A stretch of DNA of 60,166 bases, counting the filler, from Sphacelaria rigidula (taxonomy: Eukaryota), in NCBI GenBank assembly GCA_964200075.2. It is 10 parts of 10 records of this genome, joined end to end, with 100 filler letters (N's around TTAATTAATTAA, not from the genome) between each part and the next. Parts side by side here need not be neighbours in the genome. Positions count along the whole stretch, not along the records: positions 48,215 to 54,140 come from CAXNAA020023436.1; positions 54,241 to 60,166 come from CAXNAA020023437.1; 8 more parts are not named here. One strand, written 5' to 3'. The position numbers and the translations under genes were made by a program. Under the pieces are notes generated by a model. That model ran no database searches. It was given only the letters and a program-made list of their open reading frames with translations, and was not told the origin of the DNA. The stretch's first letter is position 1. The number at the start of each line of letters is the position of its first letter. This document shows, piece after piece, positions 48,963 through 60,166 of this stretch.

Positions 48963-50300
48963 CAATCGTTCCTTCACTATATTTTCTCGGTTCTCCCATT
49001 GCTTAGAAAAAAAGTAGGTGCTACTATGTAATGGGGTGTACTGTCGCTTGTTCGGTGCAAAAGACTTGTCGTAGACGCTGCGCTGCGCTCCGCTGTTGTC
49101 GTCGTTGTCGTCGTCGTCGTCGTCGTTGCTCTCAGTTCTATCCCCCTCCTCTTCCTCAAGACGAGTCCATCGTCTCAAGAGATCAACCCATCTCCCCTCC
49201 GGTCCACGCCGTACATTTTGGCATCGCGGATTGGATCAGCTCTACCACACCGCGTCGACTGTGGTCTCACAAACCTAGCTTAACAGACGATTTTTGCAAC
49301 TCACGTCTGCACGCCTCGAACGACGGAAATTCATATGCTTTAAAGGGAGCAGCCAAACTGTTGATAAACAAATCTGGCGGCAATCGAACCCGCGTTTTCC
49401 CCGCCCTGATGGCATCACTTGAGCCGTTAGGCCACCGGGGTGTGGCCGCAATGTTCCGAACAAAAACAGGCACTTATTTTCACTATTATTCTACCTTCAC
49501 CTATCCATGCTATTTCATGGCTGATATTAACCCATGACAGGCATATATACTACAAATAGTTTTCGTTTCAAAATATGCCTGTATTTGTAAACTACTAACG
49601 GAGTGTACTCCGGACCGTACAGTATATATATATATATATATTGTGCGCGGTCTTCCCCCTAATAGATGGTTGACAAAAACACTTGTTTCAAGGGTGGGCT
49701 CTACCCGTGCGGATCTCCAAAGGGCTGACGAATCTCTACGGCGCGCCAGCGAGCACAGGCAGCACGACCTGTTGCCCAAACTAGCACCGCTTTCCCTACG
49801 CGGAATATGTCTAAGGGGTACCCTTTTGAACCCCCCTTTGCCCCAGAGCTCTCGAACTACTATTGGTTGCCATTTTACTTACGGTCATCAGTCAAAAACA
49901 TTCACACACACATATATATATATATATATATGCTGTAACCATGGGCGTTCGGGGACAACCTACGCAGAGAGAAACTATGCCTCACTCAAAAGTGCACACG
50001 GGTTGCGAGAACATCAAAGACACACACATATACCAAGACAAAATATCTATACGTGCAACATATTCATTATATGTAGCTCAACTCAAAACATGCATATATA
50101 AATCACCTGTTGTGCGCACATTTTCCCATATTTTCTTTTGTCACAGCCTTGACTCCCCCCCCCTCTTCCTTGGGACGAGTCTGCAGTTTCCATGGATCAA
50201 CCCATATCTCCCCCGGCTCTTGAACCAAAACTATCGCCTGCCGTGCTTTACCGTGTTTTTTATACTGCATGTTAGCACGAACAAAACCCCGTGCGCTTAC

Positions 50301-50418
50301 CGTCTCTCGCCATCCATTGCAGAGTAGCCGCCAACGGGGTAGAACCCGCCCTGCCAACCCCCATTCCCTCCAAAACCGCCTGTGTTGCAAGAACACCTCG
50401 AAGGTGCGACGAAAGATC
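50301..50418 (-). CDS. RUS1 / DUF647 exon
   Basis: DLSSHLRGVLATQAVLEGMGVGRAGSTPLAATLQWMARD(G). tag acceptor and GTAAG donor, with phases matching both neighbours. Confidence 0.93.
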
Positions 50419-52124
50419 CTAGGGGGGGTGAAAGGAGGTTTCGAACACGTTGCGATCGAACCAAGCACACGATAGGCATACAGACAGACAGGGCAAAAAT
50501 AACAATCGATGATATTCGCCCGCGAATGGACAACACAAAACTAACTACGGCCTTACGGATCAAAATAAACATGGTGTTCACTGAAAAATTCGACAGAAGA
50601 ACAGTCATACACACTGGGACGCTCCATTCACCCACGGGTACAACATACTCATTTTCGGGGTTGACGCTAATATTCGGATGTTTTAGGTGGCTGACAGCCA
50701 CAATCGCTACCCTCAGTGGATGTGCCGCACACGCTTTTCGCCCTCGATGTCGGCGCAGATTTGAGCCCTGGCAACTCACACTTCGCCTCGAGCAACCCCT
50801 ATGCAAACCCCCTTACCCGAGAGGTTTTTCGGCTGCCTCGAGTTGACTAGTCTCACATCTACCGTCATTCTTCGACGAGAACCTTCATGAGTCAATCGCG
50901 GCTTGTCGAGGACAGCCTCGCGTACATCACACACGCCGCCTCTCGTCCGGCTTCGTCGTTCTCGTAATTCACCGTCATGTTGTTCCAACAGACGAGAGCC
51001 TGGTTGTCCCCCAGAGCTCGCAGTCCTTATCTTTTGTAAGCGGCACGATTCTTGCCGGTGAACGGAATGTCTCAAATTTTATCCTTCCCGCAAGATTAGG
51101 TGAATAATGTATCAGAATTCATGGAGCAGCTGCGAAGCACACACAAAATTTGGGTTCCCTACAAGCCGACAAAAAAATCAAGGAGTGCATCGCATACACA
51201 CACACCGCCGGGCCGTCCGGGCAGTTTCAGTATTGAAGGGTACATTCTAAGACCCGCGTTTTGGGGGGAAAGTGGGGTCAAAGAGTACTGCAATGGTTGT
51301 GTTAATGTTCGATTCTTCCTTTTCTCCGATTGCCGTCGGATTTTGAACAGTAAGTGCTGAAACCGTGAGGAGTCACGTAATATCTTGTGGTGCACACGTC
51401 GTCAACGTGTTGCCAATACGTCATGGGCATTTGTTTCTATCCAAAAATCAATGTTTTCAATATGCTATTAGTAAAAAAAGTAAAAAACAAAAAATCATGT
51501 CTTGCGCCGCTTCGGCAACTTCGAGAAGAAATAAAGGAACACGTTCTTTTTAGGCAGAAATATATGATTATTCAAATGACTAAAAAAAGAAAACAATCAC
51601 TCGCCCAAGAGTTTTTACCTTAGGAACGAAACACTTCCGCTTTTGGCACAACACTTGTAGCATGAAATGAGGGCCAGTCCCCCAAATTCCAGACTTTCCA
51701 TCATGTCCAAGAACAAAAACTCAACGGAATGCAATCGGGTAGAGAGATGGCGGTTGAACGTCTCAGACATCCAGCCCAGCATACATTTACATATACCTAT
51801 ACATATACCTATACGTTCGCATAAAATCGACGTCACGGTCGACGAGGGAAAGGGACCCCCGAATCCTCCTCGCGACAGAAAGTAAAGCAAGCATTCCAGA
51901 AGGGACAACGGAGTGAAAAAACAAAACTAGAGAACAAACAGCTCCTGTATTGGCCTTCTTCCCGTGTGTGACCCTGGCTGATGTCCCCAAATACAGCGGA
52001 CGGCGTAGACTGGCGTCCTGTTGTAGAAGGAATGGCAACACACACGTACATATACCCAAGCTACAACAAGGTGATGGTGGTCGTTTTTGGAACATCTAAG
52101 TACTCCCATTCTTTGGCAAGTCAC

Positions 52125-52298
52125 CTGAATGATGTCCCATCCTCGATATCTCAAGTACTCTGGTCGCACTGACTCGGGGTAACCCACAGGCAAGAAGGTG
52201 TTCATAAGTCCGCCACGCACCGCCACAGCCGCGCCGGTGGCGCATCTCTTCGCACCCGCTGCCACAGCACTTGCCTCGTACGCAACTCCCTTAGCCAC
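52125..52298 (-). CDS. RUS1 / DUF647 exon
   Basis: …TFLPVGYPESVRPEYLRYRGWDIIQ is the DUF647 N-terminal 'FLP.GYP.SV..Y..Y..W..Q' motif. Confidence 0.93.
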
Positions 52299-54554
52299 CT
52301 GTAATTTTCAGTCGGACGGGGAATAATGTTGCTGTCGGTGAAGGAGCTGTAATACTAGATCATTGTTTTTCGGCGGGAGCCGCCTGGGATGAAGAAAGCG
52401 GTGGTGCTCATTTTGGACGGTTCAAGAAAAGTATTCGGCCGTATGGTATCAGAGAACGTCCCTCTTACGGCCTTCGATATTTTCATGGGCTATCGAGAGA
52501 AAAAAAAAGCTCCATCCTTCTCTCTCTTTCTGTTTTTGTCTCTGCCGTTGTCTCTGTCTCTCTGTCTTTTTGTCTATTCCTCGTTGTGGCGATTTCTGCA
52601 TGACAAACAAATACGCTCATGGATACATCTCCAAACTTTCGGAAAACAGCAGGAGGACTTTCGCTGCCTTGTCTTCCCTGCTTCATTTTCATCGAAGCGA
52701 CAGATGTGTCATCAGCCCATTGAGATAATAGTAACATGAAAGGAAGGTGGCCGCTGTTACAAAGCCTGCATGAATTGATGCCCTTCCAACCCTCTTCGTG
52801 TGCGGGTGGGCAGTCTTGGCCCTACAGCCATAATTCGAGCAAAAATGGTCCCCACCGCGGAGCATTACACATCTTCGTGGATTCTTCGTTGTGGGTTCAT
52901 AGTTATCACCAACAACAACACAAGTTATGAGCCGTTCCCGAGGGCTGGAAATCAAACAAACCTACATCAGGAATCCAACCTGCAGTTCGCCCATTTCCAA
53001 CGAAACACTCGAGATGGTGAGCTACAGTACTGCACACGAGACGGATACCAAAAAAACAAGGAGGGGACATACGCTCTCTCATTCCGACGTCCGGGAGAGT
53101 TGGTTGCCACGGAAAATGTACGAAGTCACCCATTTCGTGTCAGAGCGTGCTTTAACCCTTCACCAACCGTGGCCTTCGGGCAACCAAGAACCTCGTCCGA
53201 GGGTCGTTGTTAATGGATATGGTTGGGGTCACGGAGAAGCCACTAGATACTGGAGTGTTTGCACGAACACTTTCATTTGTTCCTTTCTATTTTTCGTATA
53301 CCCTAGCGACCCGCTCATGGAGAACTGAAAATCGGGCTCAGCCTGAGTTTCTTTTGTGATGCAAAGGGTGTCTGTATTGGACAAAGTGTAGCGCTCGTCG
53401 CTGAGGTTTAACTCTTTCTTATTTAAAAAAAACAAATCTCAAGCCTCATATTCTTGAAACCTCGTTTCTCATGAGCGGATCGAACTCGTTTAGTAAGCTG
53501 ATTGCTCGGGACTCCACGATGCTGATACGAACGTCTGCTACAGGTTTATGCGAGAAATGGAAAAGTGACATAAGAATACACATACATATATGTATGTGTG
53601 TGCGTGAAAGAAGATATCGTATGAGATGTGGAAACCCATGACATCCGATACTAGAGTACGTCGGCCATCGGAGCACACGGTCAGCGGCACAATGAATGCT
53701 AGAGCTAGTCCAGTACGGGGTTTGGGTAACTCAGTTGATTTTAGTGCCACAAACCTCAGGTAAAGGCACTGCCCCACCACGCAGACCCGCCATGGTAGGC
53801 AGGAAGGACAAGCAACACCGCCAGCCCCATCCGGGATTTTGCCGTACATGACGACTGTCTGATGGTGCAGCCTACGATATGGCTACCACCGGCCAGCACA
53901 CGCCACAACCTTTCTGAACTACGGCTTTACAGTCGGTAGCAGTCCGTAACCCTTAGACAGCGACCCCCCCGCTGGTAGACTGAGGTAGACACTACACGTT
54001 TTGGGTTCAGAATCATTCCTTGTCACAACTCAAAACGCCTACTCTACGGCGGAAGGGATCGGAAGTGCATAAGAGGTACATAGTTGCGTCATAACACAGA
54101 CGGTGGTGTGGTTGTCGACCACCTGCTTACTACGCCTCATNNNNNNNNNNNNNNNNNNNNNNNNNNNNNNNNNNNNNNNNNNNNTTAATTAATTAANNNN
54201 NNNNNNNNNNNNNNNNNNNNNNNNNNNNNNNNNNNNNNNNAAACGCCAAAGGCAAGAAAAAAAGGAGTCCGCCCCCCCCCCCCCAACATGGGTCTTATGA
54301 CTATGGCCTGCATGATCATGAGTACCCCCCCCCTCATGTGGTCTGATGACTATGACATGCATGATCATGAGTACACCCCCCCCCTCATGACACCCTCCCC
54401 ATAATACCCCGTCCCCACGCCTGGTCCGGCGAAAACCCGGCATGCTCCGTCGCGGCTCTGTAAGGATGTGAGGTTAATGGTCTTATGACTACGGCATGCA
54501 AGATCATGAGTACACCCCCTCCCCCCCCCCCCACACACATAATACCCATAGTAC

Positions 54555-54725
54555 CTGTTTCTCGCACAAGAGGTTTGACATCGCTTTGGTGCACGCATGT
54601 CTGGTTTCATCGCTATCCGAAGCCACAAGCGCCGTAATCAGCAACACTGACACCGCGCCACAGCGCGCGATATCCATCTCACGTCCGGGGTCCGACGCCA
54701 AGTTTAGGAGGGTATTCGCGCATCC
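54555..54725 (-). CDS. Armadillo-repeat protein, exon
   Basis: GCANTLLNLASDPGREMDIARCGAVSVLLITALVASDSDETRHACTKAMSNLL has ARM helical periodicity. 171-nt tag…GT exon. Confidence 0.8.
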
Positions 54726-55234
54726 CTAGCATTGCACGGTTTACCGTGCGGAGGACCACAGGGAGCGGGGCGGGGGGCGGGGGGTGAGGATCAGGGAGAG
54801 CGGGAAGTAGATTTCCAACTTGTTCTCAGCCCTTGGTTTTGGTCGTACTTTCAAACCAACCCTCTCCATCCCCCGGAACTAGTCCGAAGTTGTAAGGGAT
54901 CGACCCGTCTCTCCCACGATACCTGCCGTTCATTTGGTATCGCGGATTGCACCGGCAATGCGGTACCCCGTCCACACTCGCCGAAGTGTATTTTTCTACT
55001 CGCGTCCTCACGCTTCTTTTATTACGGGGAACTATATTTCCCCCCCCAAATCACCGTATCACCGTATGTGCCGGGATTCGAACCCACAACATCCAACCCA
55101 GCTGGCTCTTGGTGTACCATTTTCGTTTTAAAAAGACGGTAGGAGCGTTGTAGCTTCAGAATACGTTCCTGCACGGTTATGTTCCCCGTAACGTTTCTTC
55201 AATGCACGCATACTTTTGTCGTCTCGTGCTATAC

Positions 55235-55426
55235 CTTTCGCATTTCCTCATTGGGTTTGCTCATGAGGCGTATCAAGCACTCCGGCGCCCCCTCTTGGAG
55301 CAGCAACTCCCTCCCCCGCTTCACGCAGGAGATGCGGTAGACGGCGATCACCACGCGTTGCTGGGTATCGCGATGCTCCATCTTGGACATCCCCAGCAGC
55401 GTTTTGACGAACGATTGGGTCATAAT
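55235..55426 (-). CDS. Armadillo-repeat protein, upstream exon
   Basis: IMTQSFVKTLLGMSKMEHRDTQQRVVIAVYRISCVKRGRELLLQEGAPECLIRLMSKPNEEMRK, a 192-nt phase-0 exon. Confidence 0.8.
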
Positions 55427-55768
55427 CTTTTTTGTTTTTTACAAATATTTTGTTGCGCGTTTCGTTTGTCGTACGGGCCAAAAAGCAGGAGGAAAGAAGG
55501 GATTGTTCTCAAGTACATGCATAGTAGATAGTGCTTAGTTTACAGGTTTGAACAAGCATGCTTTTGACAAAAAAGTGTTGCAGCATGTATGCATCGCAGA
55601 AGGAAGTTAGAGTGCTGGAATGCGGGCGTTAAGTCGAAGCAGCGGGTATCTTGGAGCAGTAGTGTTCTGTCGGAGATCGGGTGGATAATGCTTGCAGGTC
55701 GAGTGGAATTTTTGGCTCTTGAGGTTGTACCTGCTGAATAGGAAAGTATCGCCATACTTCGTTCGTGG

Positions 55769-55810
<42 letters not shown>

Positions 55811-58412
55811 TTTTTTTTTTTTCCGTGGTCACAGACGTAGGCTCGCCTTTCCAATACCGTCTCTGCTATTCCTTACCAGACATATTACCAAAATAAAGAA
55901 AAAGGTGTGATACAAGTATTTTTCAAAAGTTGTCCACACCTTTATTATATATCCGCTACGGCACGCGAAGTATCGCATGAGACAGGTCAAGGATGATCGT
56001 TTCATTGATCCATTGATTCATCGATTCATTGATTAATCGGTTCATTGTCGCACGTTATATGATTCCCCAGGGTTTCAGCCGTGGTCAAGGATGGTGCAGA
56101 TTGATTTCAGGACGAAGGTTGCCTCATTTTGTTCTCACTACTCGGAAAGACAGAAAAGAGGGGAGGAGGGAGTCGGTACCGAGGAGCACATCGTTTGCTA
56201 ATTTCTTGATATTTGTCTGGGTTCTACTTACTGCTTAACTTGAGCATGTTAATTTTATACTCAATTGAGTCTAGCGCGGGTTGAACTATTGATATGGTTA
56301 CGGCGTGGAAGGCAATAACTTGTAGAGTTTAGGGTGGTACTGCAACTACTCCATTTCAATATCGGGACACTGTAGTATGGCCAAACGGGAGCTCGTGGCG
56401 AGGCCGTATTTTGACCTCAAAAGTCTATTACCCGGGCGAGAAGATGTACCTCGGGCTGTTGGGGTGGGATCGTTTGGAAAACATCCTTTACCATGTGTGG
56501 ACCCTAACGTACTCCCGCAACGTGGATCTGCAGAAGTAGGAACGCCGACTGAAAGTGGCGGTTGCGGGGATGAAGGTGTGCAGCAATCATGAAGGTCTGA
56601 AGCGAGAGTATATACGCCTGCACGGCGATGTAGATCACATGAGCACGTAAACGCGAGACAAGGGCTGATATGCATGGCGTGGACCCAGGTTTACGGTGGG
56701 GAGGTGGACGCATGGACGCGGTCTCTAGTCTCCGACGCCACCTTGCCTAGGATGTCGAGGGCTTGGACATCAGCTGCAAGTCTTTTTCCAAGTTGGAACG
56801 CGACGGGGGTGCGATGCCAAAGTCGTGCGGATGAAGGTTTTGCGTTCAAGAGGTGGGTGGATTTTCCTTTTAGCTTGTACTCTCTAGTTTTCGGTTGGTG
56901 TTCTATGATAGTAGCTGCGGTCACGGTACGTCGGGAGATCCTTCTTTCCTCCTTCCTTTACCTTGCTTCCACCGAGCGGCTGCCCCGTGTTGGCCCTAGT
57001 GCATTCAGTGACATTCGACCATCGTCGACGTCAGCGTTCGTGTAAAAAAGAACTGAAGTCGGAGGAAAGCATTCGCAAAAGGTAGTCGTCATATCGCGTG
57101 GTTTAAACAATGGCTACTGATATCTGCTGGTGCAAGGGTATGCCCTAGTGTCTTCCGCACAAAGGCAGGCACACCAAAATCTACAGGGCAGCAGCGGACA
57201 TAAGGTGCCACACGACATACGACATCGTCATATTTTTTTTCAGCGATCCAGTTGATTCGTCAACCTGTTTTTTTTTCTTCTATTCCTTCTTTTCTTCAGA
57301 GCGTGTTTCAGTTTCGTTTTTCTTGGGTACGTGTATCACGAGACCACGGCTGGATCATGACCCCTGGGGGGTCACTTGAAGTGCGACAATCAATCAAATC
57401 AATCAGTTCCTTTTTTCGGTGCTTTGGCTTTAAGGACAGTGAGCCCGTAGACATATTCTAGGAGTAAAAGTTCGGTTTCAGCGCGTTCGTACACCATGAA
57501 GAGATGATTACTCCTCACTATATATTCACAATATATGCGCCACGGGTATGCAAGCAATCTGCCACTCCCCTCTTCCACGACCCGCAGTCTCCATCAGCGT
57601 CCCTGGATCGTCTCGTGTAGGCCACGCGGTCAATATCTCCACCATCCTCTGATAGCGCACCATGTGAAAAATTTACCACCTCTTCAAGTAGCAGACCGTT
57701 TTGCCACATTGATAGCATCGACCGACAGCAACGGGTCATACTCCATAGTGTTCGTTCAGAAAAACTAAAGTTTTGAAGAGGGGTGGGACGGGGGCACTGG
57801 CGTTTGGAGAACAGGGACGCGGCGGCATCCTCATGAGAGTCGATATGAGACCTGGTCATCGACGGACGCAGAAAGCGTCGGCGACTGGGACCGGGCGGAA
57901 GACAAAGGTCTGCACCCTAAGGGCCATGGAGCCTACACCAAGCTTACGGTACGGTTAAGCTCTCACATGACAGATGCTACTGTGCCGCGCCCTTTCAGTC
58001 TACAAGGGATGGGATCGAGGACCCTCACGGACGTTCATGTCGCCGCCGTTTGACGGGCTGAAGGGCTGGTGTGCTCTCCCCGTGCAGCCGCAATACCCGG
58101 CGGAGCAGGTGAACTCGCTGTAACAAGGAATGCTACACGTACTCCAACGCATCGGATGACTCGCGTTGTTTCTCTGGCGCGGGAGGCAGCGCGTACAAAA
58201 GACCTCCCATGCTCGATTTATGAAATCGCCGTCGAGAGGTGAAAAATGCACCATCGTACCGGCGGTAACATCTTCTCACCGCAAAGCGATGCAAGACGGA
58301 ATTTATGTTTGCCGATTCTGTGATCTGTCGTAGCGGTGCCGCCTCTCGATCAAGGTAACCTGCGCCGGTGAACGGAGCGCGAAACGTGCCGTCCAACCGT
58401 CGCTGTCCTTAA

Positions 58413-58498
58413 CCCTTTCGGAACCCATTGACGACTTCTGTTTTTCGTGAATCGGCATCACTTTCAGTCACTTTCAAGTCAAAATGATGCCAAAAGGG
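58413..58498. mobile_element. piggyBac-like mini-element
   Basis: TTAA-CCCTTT…AAAGGG-TTCA. The interior ttttcgtgaatcggcatca…ctttcaagt.aaaatgat is shared with about 26141-26190. Confidence 0.6.
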
Positions 58499-59750
58499 TT
58501 CAAGGGTAGAACGTGCGTATCAAAGGTAGTGCAGCTATGCGTTCCCGTACCACACCCGTCGCAGGAGCCAAGCCCTGCCACCAGGTGGTCCATGAAGCTA
58601 CAGCTTTGCTAGCGGAGCAGGCATGGCAGTCTGACTTGTGTGGAATGGGCGATTACGTTATTGCTGAATACCACGAGGTGAGGCAGCAAAGGCTGGTATC
58701 GGAAAGCTTACTGTGCCCAAGGAGAAAAATTCGCTAGTAGTACTCGCAGCGTTTGAGATGTTTTGCACGCGGAAGTCTGGAGGAGAGAGGGGTGGTCCAC
58801 GAGAAAGTCGATTGGAAGACTACGAAGGGTGACAGCAACCTGAGGCCGGGCCTGGGAACGTCGGAGGACCCAACGGAGAGAGCAGCGAGGATTGCAGGAA
58901 GGACAGCTGTGCGACTCGGGGGGATAAAGGCAGCGACACAGATGCATAGGGAAGTCAGGACTAGGAGATCGCGAGTAGCAGGAGAAGAAGGAGGACCAAG
59001 AGGACAAGGACGAAGGTGGATATAATCAGATGAAGCCCGCAGAACAGCACAGCGAGAATATAGACAGGGAAATCGAAAGCGGTGAACATGAGGGGACCAG
59101 AGCGCATGCCAGGCTTTCTATAGACGGGAGAGAAGCCGAGGGGGATCGGCGAGAAAATGTATCGTGCCCTTCAGAAGCCAGGACGGACATGCGAGTCAGG
59201 CGAAAAGATGGTTCACCTGCGGTTAACAAGGCACGCTTTGTTCATGTAGGGGGTACGGGTAATGCACTCCACATAGTGGGTATATATGGATGAACTGTGT
59301 ACAATGGAGTCGGAGTTTGGCCGCGAAGCCGCCTTCCCTCTTTGACACCCACCCACGAGTAAACACCACTAAGCAACAAGTTCCACCAAGACTCGCAGGT
59401 GTCATACAGTACGTCAACCAGGAACATGATATCTGAGAGTGACCGCGGGTACGATAAGCTTTTCTCCGGCTTTGCATGGATCACAATCGTCTCCACGTGC
59501 GGTCTGCTCTCTCGAAATACTGCGATGCATTCGTCGCGTATCAGCGTTTTCTGTTCAAGCATTCAAGGGCAAAAGTGTTGGAAAGGTGCTCCAACCAGGG
59601 GCCGCACAACTCCATACATGAGTTCTACCATGTTCTTCGACGTGGCCGCGGACTAGATGAATGTGCGCCTTCCTCCTGCCATTGCTTGTCGCCATATAGT
59701 TTGGTGGTCAGTATCGCGCACGTGCTGCACTGGAATGCACGAGTTCAATC

Positions 59751-59995
59751 GACACTTTCTACGATAGCCCCTCCCCAGAAAGTGGCTGGTTTTGGGAGGA
59801 AAAAACTTCACGTAAATCGGAATGGAAAAAACCGAGCACAACGAGCAGCTCGAGCTTCCCACGCTTGGGCTTCGCCAATGTCGCCCATGTGAGGCGCTTC
59901 ATGCGGCCTGAACCCTAACACCAGGCCCTGTATGACCATGTTTTTTGTAACAGTTTTGGGCTGGTTTTGGGGGATAGGCTACCGTAGAAAGTATC
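59751..59995. mobile_element. MITE with GAC…GT(A)TC termini and 4-bp TSD (AATC)
   Basis: TIRs gacactttctacgatagcccctcccc / gggggataggctaccgtagaaagtatc, with AATC on both flanks. Homologous to 18523-18779. Confidence 0.82.
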
Positions 59996-60166
59996 AATCA
60001 ATACCCTCAGATGAGCCGCGCAACCGAAGCGGCGCGAACGAATATTTACTGCTTAATTCTTACACTTTTGCCATATATTCTAGGATATTTATGCATGCAT
60101 ATATATATATATTGTGGTCATGATCATGCATGCCATAGTCATCAGACCATTGACCTCGCATCCCTA

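Noticed and set aside
1..60166. Gene cluster or pathway formed by the nine genes
   Set aside because: Each gene is on a separate contig ordered only by length, so adjacency carries no information.

Overview
This window is not one locus. It is ten unrelated ~5.93-kb contigs (1-5928, 6029-11955, 12056-17982, 18083-24009, 24110-30036, 30137-36062, 36163-42088, 42189-48114, 48215-54140, 54241-60166), ordered by decreasing length and joined by artificial 100-nt N44-TTAATTAATTAA-N44 spacers. The DNA is eukaryotic and intron-rich, with short GC-rich exons in long repeat-laden introns. The style, repeats and TTAGGG tract fit a brown alga (Phaeophyceae, Ectocarpus-like); this is inference. Phase-consistent exons support fragments of nine recognisable genes: an MFS polyol/sugar transporter, an SDR carbonyl reductase, SAC3/GANP, a class 3 lipase, PheRS alpha, PP2A B' (B56), SART3/Prp24, RUS1/DUF647 and an ARM-repeat protein. 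One further exon pair is unidentified. Most ORFs in the supplied track are spurious. I found no prokaryotic-type system (CRISPR, defence island, operon). The most unusual signals are in the repeats. An abundant family has one fixed end (…ATGAGTAC[A/G]CCCC) that nearly always abuts a C-tract and one variably truncated end, and it stacks head-to-tail. A MITE with GAC…GTC termini has 4-bp target-site duplications. A Tc1/mariner-like element splits a tRNA-derived SINE head. There is also a diverged ~170-bp dimeric array.
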